A stretch of 64,000 nucleotides of DNA from assembly GCA_000004695.1 (NCBI GenBank), contig CM000151.3, positions 3,072,001-3,136,000 on the forward strand. The letters run 5' to 3'. Each line of letters starts with the position of its first letter. The first letter of the stretch is position 1. The position numbers and the translations under genes were made by a program. The notes under the pieces are model-generated. The model saw only the letters and a program-made list of their open reading frames with translations. It ran no database searches and was not told the DNA's origin. This document shows, piece by piece, positions 32,372-43,382 of this stretch. Source of the DNA: Dictyostelium discoideum. Lineage: Eukaryota.

Positions 32372-33209
32372 CACTACAAATACAAGTAATAATCATACAT
32401 CTGATCCATCAAAATCATCAAATTCAACACCTGAAACATCACCACCAATTAGTTCACCAAGAAGCAATAATAATAATAATTGTAGTTTAACTACAATAGT
32501 AGGAGTAACAACACCACCACAACCATCATCAACAATTACTACACCACAATTCCAATCACCACCAATTTTATCAGGAAATAGTGGTAATATTAATTTATTA
32601 AGTAGTAATGGTACAAGCAGCGGTGGAATTGAAATTAGTGGTAGTCAAATGATTCCACAAAAAGTATTGGTAGCAGAAGATAATACAATGAATCAAAAAT
32701 TAATAAAGACATTATTAACTAAAAGAGGTTTTGATATTACCATTGCAAAAGATGGTAAACAAGCCTTAGATTTCTATCATGAAAGTAAAAATAAATCAAT
32801 ACTTTATGATTGTATATTAATGGATATTCAAATGCCAGTTTTATCAGGTTTAGAAGCAACTTGTGCAATTCGTGAAATCGAAGCAAATGAAGGTGGTCAT
32901 ATTCCAATCATTGCTGTAACTGCTCATGCAATGAAAGGTGATAAAGAAAAGTTTTTAGAATCTGGTGTTGATGATTATGTAACAAAACCAATTAACCCAA
33001 AGTTATTATATGAAGTAATAAATACTCAAATCTGTAAATATATTGAAGAAAATCGTTCATCATCTACAATAAATGAAAATAAAAATACAATTAATAATAA
33101 TAATAATAATACAAATAATAATAATAATAACAATAATTCAAGTAACCCTGTTAATAATAATAATAGCAATAGTATTGATGCTACTCAACAAGAATTAAAT
33201 AATGAATAA
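27906..33209 (+). CDS. Cytosolic hybrid sensor histidine kinase (PAS - HisKA - HATPase_c - receiver). Two exons: 27906..28666, 28772..33209 (about 1730 aa), with very long N/S/Q-rich linkers.
   Basis: PAS-like N-terminus, exon-2 start ...GEIIKKDDKVFKVLGVCHDFSEIQEAK. The H-box is LANISHELLSPMNSIIGM. The N-box is LKQILSNLIDNAIKFS. G1 is IKDRGIGVPEDKHDFIFDRFFQVD, and G2 is [35 protein letters not shown]. The receiver is KVLVAEDNTMNQKLIKTLL...DCILMDIQMPVLSGLEA...IPIIAVTAHAMKGDKEKFLESGVDDYVTKP. The proposed donor AA|GTTTGT at 28667 is weak, and the acceptor AAAAAAG|A is at 28771. Confidence 0.85.
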
Positions 33210-33659
33210 ATTCGTATTTAAATCTTACAACCATTTTAATTTTTTTAAATAATAATAAAAAAAACAAAAATACTTTTTTTGACATCAAAGTATTTAATTT
33301 AAAATTGTTATTTTTATTAATTTATTTTTTTCAATATCGAATATCATTATTATTTTAAATTTTACCAAAATTAGTATTGATCGATATTTTAAAATGGTTA
33401 ATAAGTTCACAAAAAAAAAAAAAATAAAAAAAAAAACCAAAGGGCCAAAATGATTTTTCAAATGATTTTTTCAATTTTTTTTTATTTTTTTTTTATTTTT
33501 TTTTATTTTTTTTTTTTATAAAATTTTATTTTTGATTTTTTTATATTTATTTTTTTTTTTAATTTTTATATTTTTTTTTCTACAAATTTATTTCTCTACA
33601 AAGTGATTTCTTTATATGTGTTGATTGGCACATAGAAATATCTATTTAGAAAATATAAA

Positions 33660-35717
33660 ATGGCTGAAAGACAATCAGCATCATCACCAACTCCTTCTTC
33701 ACCACCACAACAACAACAACAAACACCTCAACAACCACCACAATAGTATGATTGATCAAATAAAAAATAAAAAAAAAAAAATTATTTGGATTATCCACAG
33801 AGATCAAAATATTAATAATAAATTATTTTTTTAAAATTTTATTTTAGTTTACTAAATTCAAAAAAGAATTTTAAAGTAAAAGTATTAAATGGTAGAGAAG
33901 TTGAAAGACACCCATTAAATTCAATTACAAAAACAGAGGATACAGGTAAACCAAAACAATCATCATTATCATCAAATGCAAGTTCACTTCAATCAGCAGC
34001 AGCAGCAGCATCATCATCAACAGCAACAACAGATATTGATCCATTAAACAACAATAATAATAATAATACAGATATTGATCCATTAAATAATCCATTAGAA
34101 AAAAAACATGATCCACTTTCAGAAACAATTGCAACAATGGGTGGATTAAAATTAATAAAAGAAAATCATTTAACAAATTATGTTGATGAGAATTTTATGC
34201 CATGGGATACATTGAAACCATCGATTCTTCAACAATATACCTCTGATGATTCAAATCCAATTCAAGTTTCTTTTATGTCAACTGGTACAAGTGGTAAAAT
34301 TAAAATTCCAATCAATCGTTTAAATAAGATTTTAGAAGAATTGGAACAAGATAAAGAAGATTCAAAATCAACACAATTCTCTCAACCTGATATCATTATG
34401 GATTTAGAAACTTTACATTCTGAATTATTAAAAGCTTGGGCTGCTGAAGAAAGAGTTAGATCTTTAAAAATTGCAATTCAAGTATGTACTAATTTTCAAA
34501 ACTAAAAAATTAAAAGTAAAATTTATTAATATATCTCTTTTTTTTTTTTTTTTAGACAGCAAAATTATTATCAGATACATCATTAATTAAATTTTATCCA
34601 AGTAAATTTGTAATTGCAACAGAGATATTAGATACATTTGGTAATTTAGTATATGATAGAATTAAAAAGAGATTACAATCATCAAAAGAAAGTAAAAATC
34701 ATGAAATATTACTAAAGGAACAAGCAAAGGAAACTTGTAGAAATTGGTTCTATAAGATTGCATCGATTAGAGAGTTATTACCAAGATTGTTTGTAGAGAT
34801 TTCAATTTTAAAATGTTATGAATTCATTCAAGGTGATGTAAACACTGAACCAAAACAAGTGATTAATCGTATCAGTGAAATGATTAGAGGTATTGGTAAT
34901 CCATTGGTTGCAAATTACATTAGAGCTTATTTGACAAGAAGATCATTCGATCTTTGTCCAGAGTATAAGAAATTCGTCATTCAATTATTGAAAGATTTCG
35001 TTTTCACTCAAAAATCATACGAGAAATCAAAATATTTAGAGAATACCTTGTCAATGTATAGAATTACTCTCACTGATTATATGGGACTATATTCACCATC
35101 ATTGGAATGGTTACTACAATGTTTGGCTCATAAAGCAACACCTGAAACTTTGGAAGAGGTTTTAGAACTTTTCAGAGAATCAAAGAATTCTCTCCTCTTA
35201 AATCATATCATTAGTTCTTTCCCACCAGAATACATTTGTAGTAATTCAACAATGTTTTCAAATTTCATAAAGGATGCCGATACTCTCTCCTATCCAAAAT
35301 ATCAACTCTATAGTACTTTTGGTGTTAATTTGGTTTTAGGTCAACCTCCAAAGAATCAAATCTTATCAATTTTAAATGATGTTTGGAAAGTTGTTACAAA
35401 CTTTGAAAATATTAAAGATTATATTTCTGTTGCTGAAGTTTTTATTGAATATGTTTTAACTCATTGTTCTGTAAGTTGTTTTTTAAATTAAAAAAAAAAA
35501 AAAAAATTAAAAAAAATAGTTTTATTAATAGTTTTTTTTTTTTTTTATCTAATAGGAAAAAGAAACAGATGTTTTCTTAAAAGATATTCTTAGACATATT
35601 ATACCAGATAAAGGTTATGAAACAATTCAATCACATCTTCAATCAATTGTTTTAAAAATTTTTACACATATCTCTGATTTTGGTAAATTAGTTTCGTTTG
35701 TAAGTTTTGAACTATAT

Positions 35718-35766
<49 letters not shown>

Positions 35767-37224
35767 TTTAATTATTATTGATTAAATTAAAAAATAATTA
35801 TTGATTTATTATTTATTTTATTTTAAATAATATTATTTAGACAAACTTTTTACCATTATTAGATTTATTTAATGGTGAATCACAAAAACAAATTAGTAGA
35901 TCAACATTAGAAGCATTATCAACATCAAAAGTTATGACATCAGATCCAATATTGATAAATACATTCCTTACCTATGGTAAAGCATTACATGATTCATTGA
36001 ATAGTCTTAGTTTCCAAGATGAAGTTAGACAAGTCACTCAATTGGTTGTAAATTGTATCAATAAGATTGATTTCGGAAGAGATGTTGAAAAACAGTTAAA
36101 CTTTTATGTAGAGTGTAGACAAACCTTTATCAATTTCGATGGTGTAAAGAATAGATTGGTCTATGGTGTTTGTGAAATTTGTGAGAAAACTTTAAATTTG
36201 GTAAAAGGTAAACATACTCCAAAGACTACCTCTTTTATTCGTGCTTGTGTTGCCTATTGCTTCATTACAATTCCATCAATTGATGATATCTTTTTAAAGA
36301 TGAATCTTTATTTAGTCTCTTCATCTGTGGCTTTACAAAATCAAGCACTCTCTCAAGCCGATGCTTTATTAAAGGCTGCCATCACTTTTATTCAAGAAAT
36401 CCCTCCAATCTTGGAGTTTAAACAAGTTAAATCAACTGAAGATTGGACAATCTCTTATGTCTCTGATTTTATCTCACTTTTAGTTGTAACTCCTGGTCAT
36501 CCTGAAAGTGGTCCTTTCTATTTAGTAAAGGCTCTTTATAAAGTCATTAAAGAATATCAATGGGAATCAAGTTCAACTGCTAAATCAAAATTATTTATTC
36601 AATTATTATTACTTTGTTCTTCTTGGTAAGTTATTAAAAATTATTATTATTAAATTATAGTGAAAAAAATTTTTTTAATTATTAATTTTATTATTATATA
36701 TTTATTTTTTTTTTTAAAAAAAAAAAGGGCACAAACTTCATTACCATATCATATTGAAAAAGTTGAATCAAATGATCAATTATTTACAGAAGATCCAGAG
36801 TTTAATACAGAATTAACAGAATTTTATAATTCATTAATTAAAGAAATTTTATATGATTTAAATCTTTTGAAAGATGAACCAGATAATTTAGTAAGGTATT
36901 TTATTTTTTTTTTTTTTTTCATTTTTTATTTATTTATGTTATTTAATATTAACATTTATTAAAAAAAAAAAAAAAAATATATTATAGACACAGAAAAAAG
37001 TTGGTATCATTTGTATTGATTTAATAAATGCATTATTAAATGTTGGTGAATTAAATAGTAAGACAGCATCATTAATTTTCAATTTATATAATATGGCAAA
37101 GAAAATTATACCATCAACCTGTTTCAATGAAATTACATATTTAAAGAATACTCTTGCTTTTATTGGAACTCTTGAATCTAAAATGGGTCAGGATATTTTT
37201 AATAAACTTTCACAACAACAATAA
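33660..37224 (+). CDS. vps35l: VPS35L (C16orf62 / retriever complex VPS35-like subunit) orthologue. Seven exons: 33660..33745, 33848..34481, 34556..35470, 35556..35699, 35841..36625, ~36727..36890, 36988..37224.
   Basis: Multiple colinear blocks match my recollection of human VPS35L: LLKAWAAEERVRSLKIAIQ / TAKLLSDTSLIKFYPSKFV; ETCRNWFYKIASIRELLPRLFVEISILKC; MIRGIGNPLVANYIRAYL; TTSFIRACVAYCFITIPS; LSQADALLKAAI; PGHPESGPFYLVKAL; LPYHIEKVESNDQLF. Every junction has a canonical donor (GTATGA, GTATGT, GTAAGT x3, GTAAGG) and a Tn-AG acceptor with matching phase. There is a +/-1 nt uncertainty at the exon-6 start (homopolymer count). Confidence 0.75.
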
Positions 37225-37991
37225 GAAATAATAAAAAAAAAAAAAAAAAAAAAAAAAAACTTTTAATAAAATATAATAAAAAAAGATTTTAAATTGTATT
37301 ACCCTAAATATGAATAAAATATTATTCCAAAAGTGATTATTTTAAATATTAATAGACCAACTTAAAAAAAAAAAAAAAAAAAAATATAAAAAACAATTTG
37401 TAATTAAAGTTTTTTTTTTTTTATTTTTTTATTTTTTTAAGTTTATAGTTTAAAATAACAAATCAAATTTTATTTTAATACAAATCTTACCTTAATTTCA
37501 GCCAGTTTATCTTTTTGAGATATTTTAAAGTTTTTGGTTTGGGAAGAAACTTTTTATTTTCCAAAATGTAACTATTTTTTTTTTTTTTAGGATTTAAAAT
37601 AATTTGGTTTTTGTGTTGAAAAAAAAAAAAAAAAAAAAAAAAATTATTAAAATTTAAGTTTTTTTTTCTTAAAAAATTAAGTTGTGGGTTAAAAAAACAA
37701 TTAAAATATTGTTATTTTTTAGGTATTTTTATATTAATTATGTTTAAAAATACCCCCTAAGGGACATAGTACCAGTTTGAAGTTTTAAGTTATTACATTT
37801 TAAGAAACCAACTATTTATTAATTAATTTTTTTAATTTTTTTTTTAATTTTTTTTTTTTTTTTATAAATAATTAAAAAGTTTTAAAAAAAAAAAAAAAAA
37901 AAAATATTATCAAAATATTCAAAAATAATAATTAACAATTAAAAAACTGGATTTTATAATACACATATATCACTAGAAATTTTTAAATATA

Positions 37992-38693
37992 ATGACAGAA
38001 GTTACTTACCAAATTCAAGACCAAATAAAACAATTTAACAATTTTAATCCCATTCAAAAAACAAATTATAAATATCAATATAATAGTGATAATGAAAATT
38101 CTTCTTTGGTTTATTTAATTAAAAATCCCAAACAAAACAATTTTAAAAATTATAATAATAAAATATGTAATTATAAAAGAAGTTTATCTTCTTCATCATT
38201 CCAAGGAAACGAAGAAAAAGAAACTAGAAAGAAAAATAAGGCTCAATTTTATGAAAATGATTTTGAAAATGGATTTGGAAATATTTCATCTTGGTTGAAT
38301 AATTCAATACCATATAAATGTGAAGATTGTAATGGAAATAATGAACCACCTCATCAAAAATTGAAATCTCAGGATATTCCATTATTCACTTTCTTTGAAC
38401 CACTTACTTTTATTCATGAAATTAATAAGGTTATTCATATTGAATTAGAGATAGCAGGGGTCGATAAAGATGATGTTAAAGTTGATCTCACTAACAATAT
38501 TCTTACAATTGTAGCAAAGAAGAAATCAGTTTATCCATTATTTCAAAATATGTGTGAATTTAAAAGACATGAAAAATCAATTGGTGTTTACAAAAGAGTA
38601 TTGGAATTTAATTCAAATACTGTTGACAAAGATACAATTAAAGCAAGATATGTTAATGGTATTTTATTAATTACAGTCAACAAATTTCTGTAA
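37992..38693 (+). CDS. Small heat-shock protein of the Hsp20 / alpha-crystallin family, single exon, with an N-terminal Asn/Tyr-rich region
   Basis: The alpha-crystallin domain reads ...IHIELEIAGVDKDDVKVDLTNNILTIVAKKK...FKRHEKSIGVYKRVLEFNSNTVDKDTIKARYVNGILLITVNK. This is the G-x-L-x-I-x-V-P/N-K C-terminal signature of Hsp20. Confidence 0.8.
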   Translation: MTEVTYQIQDQIKQFNNFNPIQKTNYKYQYNSDNENSSLVYLIKNPKQNNFKNYNNKICNYKRSLSSSSFQGNEEKETRKKNKAQFYENDFENGFGNISSWLNNSIPYKCEDCNGNNEPPHQKLKSQDIPLFTFFEPLTFIHEINKVIHIELEIAGVDKDDVKVDLTNNILTIVAKKKSVYPLFQNMCEFKRHEKSIGVYKRVLEFNSNTVDKDTIKARYVNGILLITVNKFL

Positions 38694-39329
38694 AAAAAGA
38701 AATTTAAAAGTAATGAATATAATAGTATTAGTATATTATTATATTTTAATAAATGTAATAATATTAGAATATTATTATATTTTAATAAATATTTATTATT
38801 CAAAAATAGATTATAGAAATTTACCAATTTTGAATTTAATTATTTGGTTTTTATAATTATTATTATTATTAAAAAATGATTTAATTATAATAAAATAAAT
38901 ATTAATAATTAATATTTTTATAAAAAAAAACAATATTAAGATTTGAAAAGATTTATAATTGTTTTTCTCATTTTTAAAAAAATTTCAAAGTTCTGGTTAT
39001 TGAAATTTAGACTCACCAAAAGCATATATGGCATGTTTAATGTTGTATGGTGTTGATCATTTTATTAATACCGGCACATTGGATTACTGTTTTGGGCCAG
39101 AGCTAGAGAGCCAGAAATTGATTCAAAATGATTTTTATCAAAGAAATTACCAAATATAACTCGAAAAAAATAAATGTATAATAATATTTAATTTTTTAAT
39201 ATAAATAAATCTATATCCTTATTGGTGTGTTTTTATTAAATTAAAATAAAAAATATTGTATTTTATTTAAAAAAATTAAATATCTTCTTCCATACCAAAA
39301 AATAAAAATAGTAAATCTCAAACAATATT

Positions 39330-39465
39330 TTTTTAAAATTTTTTACCTTTTTTCAAAGATAATATTTATTTATTTTATATTTTATTTTATTTTATATTTT
39401 ATTTTATTTTATATTTTATTTTATTTTATTTTATTTTATTTTATATTATTTTATTTTTTGGAAAT
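39330..39465. repeat. AT minisatellite built from (TTTTA)/(TTTTATA) units, in the intergenic region downstream of the DPP3 gene
   Basis: Direct reading: tttattttatattttattttattttatattttattttattttatattttattttattttattttattttattttatattattttatttttt. Confidence 0.8.
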
Positions 39466-39478
39466 TTAATAAAAAGCT

Positions 39479-40293
39479 TTATAACATATCAGAATCATCT
39501 TTACCAAATCTGGTGATCATTGAATCGATCATACCTTGAGTTGAGTCATCAAAATCTTGAAGACAAACTTTACCATTTGAATTGAGATATGTATGAGCTT
39601 GAACAAATACCTTTCTTGGTTTCTTTTTAGCCAAAACTATATCTCTAATGGCGAGGAATTCTTCATTGACATGAGTATATTCATCGAATAATTTGATTGA
39701 GGCATCAATATTTGCAGTTGCTTTGTAAACCATTAATCTATTGAGGAAATCACCAACAGCTTTAACACCAATACCTCTAATTTTACTTTTATCAAGTTTG
39801 ACAATTACATCGTCGGCAGTCTTGTCTAAAGTGACAATACCAGAACGTAAGAATGTTGTTAAAATACAATATCTGGCTTGCATATGAGCTTGTCTCCATT
39901 TACCTGGTGCACCTTCACTTGGTGGACTATAAAATTCCAATGCACAGACACCAGCACGTGCCATAATCAACCAATTGACATAGTAGACATCTTCAGCTTT
40001 CTTTGGATCTGTGAAACCAAAGAGTTCAAGAATCTTTTCATCTGGTGATAAATAGATACCACAACATTCTGCTCTACATTCTTCCATTGGTGAACCCAAT
40101 GATTTGAAAACACTGTCATAAGTTTCACCAAATTTATATACTTCAGTCTTTGGGTCAATTGGTTTGTTTGTAAGTGGATTAATAACTTCACCAACTTTAA
40201 AGTTAACATTACCATTAGCATCTGTTGTGAAAAGTTTACCTGAACCATGACCATATAACTAAATAAATAAAAAATAATAATTAATACTTTATA

Positions 40294-40325
<32 letters not shown>

Positions 40326-42098
40326 GAAACTTACTTCATGAATGCCAACTTGTAATTCGAATGCTTCAGTTGATAATTCATTGAATAATTTTTGATCACT
40401 TTCTTGGATAAAAGTAACATACTCATCCTTTCTTGCGGCAATAACATTACCTAATGATACATTCTTGAAACCTTCAGTTTGACGAATATCATCATCTATT
40501 TGGTTTCAATTTAAAAAATGGAAAACAAAAAAAAAAAAAAAAAAGTTAGAAATAATTTTTAAAAAAAAAAAAAATTAATATTAAAAAAAAAAAATAAATA
40601 AACCTTACAATTACTTAAATTAATACCAGCTGGAATACCAGTTGTAGCAAATGTTAAAACTTCTAAAGAAGTAAAATCTGGTTTGTTGAATTTTTCTTTT
40701 TCAAAGCTCTTGTCCCATGGTAATTTTGATAAGAAAGTAGTGGCATTATCTGTTAATTTTCCAAATTTCAAACTCATTTCTTTGTTAACCATTGAAACGA
40801 AACCTTCCCATTCACCTCTTACACCATATGGATCACGATAACTTTCAATGAAACCAATATTAGTTTCAACAGCTCTAAATAAAAATAAATAAATAAATTA
40901 GTAAATTAATTAATTTTGATTAACAATAAAAAATAAAACTAAAAAAAAAAAAATAAAAAAAATAAAAATAAAAAAAAAACTTACGGAGAAATATCTTTAA
41001 TCCACCATCTTTGACTATCTTTATGATCATCAATTGAACCACTATAGAAAGAATCAATATATTTCTTGAGCATATTTGTTTGATTTTCATTTGCAGCGTA
41101 TGGTAAAGCCAATTTAAGATTATCTACTACTTTGGTTAAGTTCTTATTCCAATCACCATAGACGATATTAATGGTGTAACCATCGAATTGATGAGAGACA
41201 GTTGGAGTTGAAGTTGAAGCACTAGCAATCAAAAGGTTATAGTTATTCTCTGAAACTTTGAATAAACGAGTATTATATGGTGAAATGCTCTTTGAGTCCA
41301 TAAACTTTTGTACTTTTTCAATTTCAACCTTTGTAATATTTGGTGAATAATAGGTTGAAATACCATTACCATCAATACCCAATTCTCTTACTTGTTTATC
41401 TAATGAATACATTAATTCACTACATTTACCCCAATATTCATTGACTTTATTATCATTAACTTTATTAATAATTAATTGTAATTTTTCTTTTGAAATTCTT
41501 GGCTATATAAAAATAAATAAAAATAAAAAAATTAATAAACTATTATTATTTTTTTTTATTTTATTTTAAAAAAAAAAAAAATATACTTTACAATAAATTT
41601 ACTATCACCAAAACTTAAGTAATTACCCATATTACCATAAAAAGTTGCAGCATATGATAATAAATCAGAATATTCTTCTTCAGAAACAATATTTGGAACA
41701 ACAGTTGATTTTAAATTTTGAATTGAGAAAAGATTTTGAAAGAGATTAAAGATTGGACCACTTTCAATAGATGTTTGACCAAGACAAATTTTTGAACCCC
41801 ACCAACAGGCAACACTAATATGATGGGCATAGAGTTGTTCTTTCTCTGTTAATAGATTGAATGATTCACGAGCATTTAAACGATAAACTGGAATCTCCTT
41901 TGGTACAAGATGATTCTCTATTACTGATGATGGTACTGACATTATTAAATTATTTGTTGAATAAAATCTTTTATTAAAACTATTATTATTTTTATTGTTA
42001 TAGAAATTATTATTGTTATTGTTTAATATCAAAAGGGAATTAAATTTAAAATTTTTATTTTCAACAAAATTTTTTAATTTAAAAACTTTTTTTAACAT
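39479..42098 (-). CDS. dpp3: Dipeptidyl-peptidase III (M49 zinc peptidase). Five exons: 41592..42098, 40985..41502, 40609..40874, 40335..40495, 39479..40258.
   Basis: Zinc motif 1 spans an intron: ...ELQVGIHE | LYGHGSGKL (HELLGH-type, here HELYGH). Zinc motif 2 is ...[16 protein letters not shown] (EECRAE). The N-terminal block is [28 protein letters not shown] and a mid block is [31 protein letters not shown]. Donors are GTAAAG, GTAAGT x2, GTAAGG. Acceptors are TATAG|C, TTTAG|A, AATAG|A, ATTTAG|T. Phases check (0/0, 2/1, 1/2, 0/0). Confidence 0.88.
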
Positions 42099-42343
42099 TG
42101 GAAAAAAAAAAAAAAAAATTAAAAAAATAAAAAAAAAATAAAATAAACCAAATTTAAGTTCACTGTCACTATAATTTTTTTTTTATTAAAAAAGTTGATT
42201 TATTTCCACATGCAATTTCCAAAAAAAAAAAAAAAAAAAAAATTAAAAAAATTAAAAAATGAAAATTAAAAATAAAAATAAAAATTAATTTTTATTTTTT
42301 TTTTTTTTTTTTTTTGTATTAAAATAAATTATTATCATAAAAA

Positions 42344-42380
<37 letters not shown>

Positions 42381-42549
42381 TAATTCTCTTTCAGTATTAA
42401 TATCATTGCCAAATAAAATAAAATAATATATTTTTTTTTAGGTATATAACCTAATAAATAAAATAACAACAGTTTTTTTTTGATTTCTTTTTTTTTTTTT
42501 TTTTTTTTGAATTTTTTTTTGAATTTTTAAAAAAAAAAAAAAAAATTAA

Positions 42550-42581
<32 letters not shown>

Positions 42582-42675
42582 AAAAAAAGTTGCATTATTA
42601 ATAGCAATATTGGAAAAAAAAAAAAAAAAAAAAAATTTATATCATAAATTTATACATATATATTGTCAACATATA

Positions 42676-43337
42676 ATGACAACAACAACAAATATTATTA
42701 ACAATGGAGTGTCTTCATTTTCATTGAACAATAATAGTAATATACCTACCATACATTCACCAAGTAATCCAATAGTAGATTGTATTAGAGATGGTACAAT
42801 GGCATATATATATTTGGTAGATGAATCATATATACAACAACAACACCAACCAAATCCAAAATTCCCATCATTGATACCATTACCAAAGAAACTATATTCA
42901 ACCACACCAAATAAAACCACACCTTATCCATTCCAATTTCAACAAAACAATGAGAATTTATCAATTGTTAAAGAGGTAAATATTTAATAATTATTCATTA
43001 TATATTTTTTTTTTTTTAAAAAAAAAAAGTATAAAATAATTAATTTTTTTTTTTTTTTTTAAAAAATATTTTTATATAGATTTATAATTATATAAATTGT
43101 TTTGAAATTAAAGATTGTAGAGATTTTCATTGTGTAGATTCAATTAAAAGATATGCAAGATTTCATTTGAATTTAACATTGAAATTTATGGGATGTAAAT
43201 CAATTCATGCAAGACAAATTTCAAATACAGTGTTTGAACAACTTGAAAAGTGTAGAATTGAACAAAACAAACAATTAACTGCTACAAATAATAATGCAAT
43301 TGTTACAACTGATTCAATTACAAAAACTGAACAATCA

Positions 43338-43382
<45 letters not shown>

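Noticed and set aside
33625-33834. ORF 33625..33834 (His/Asn-rich)
   Set aside because: It is in a different frame from the VPS35L first exon (ATG 33660, MAERQSASSP..., donor TA|GTATGA at 33746). Only the latter splices in phase to the conserved exon 2.
39030-39130. G/C-richer island (..ccggcacattggattactgttttgggccagagctagagagccagaaattg..) considered as a possible tRNA or ncRNA. Similar islands at 5290..5350 and 37740..37790.
   Set aside because: None has a tRNA-like A/B box (no GTTCGAATC or TRGCNNAGTGG), nor acceptor-stem complementarity. I cannot support an RNA gene from sequence alone.
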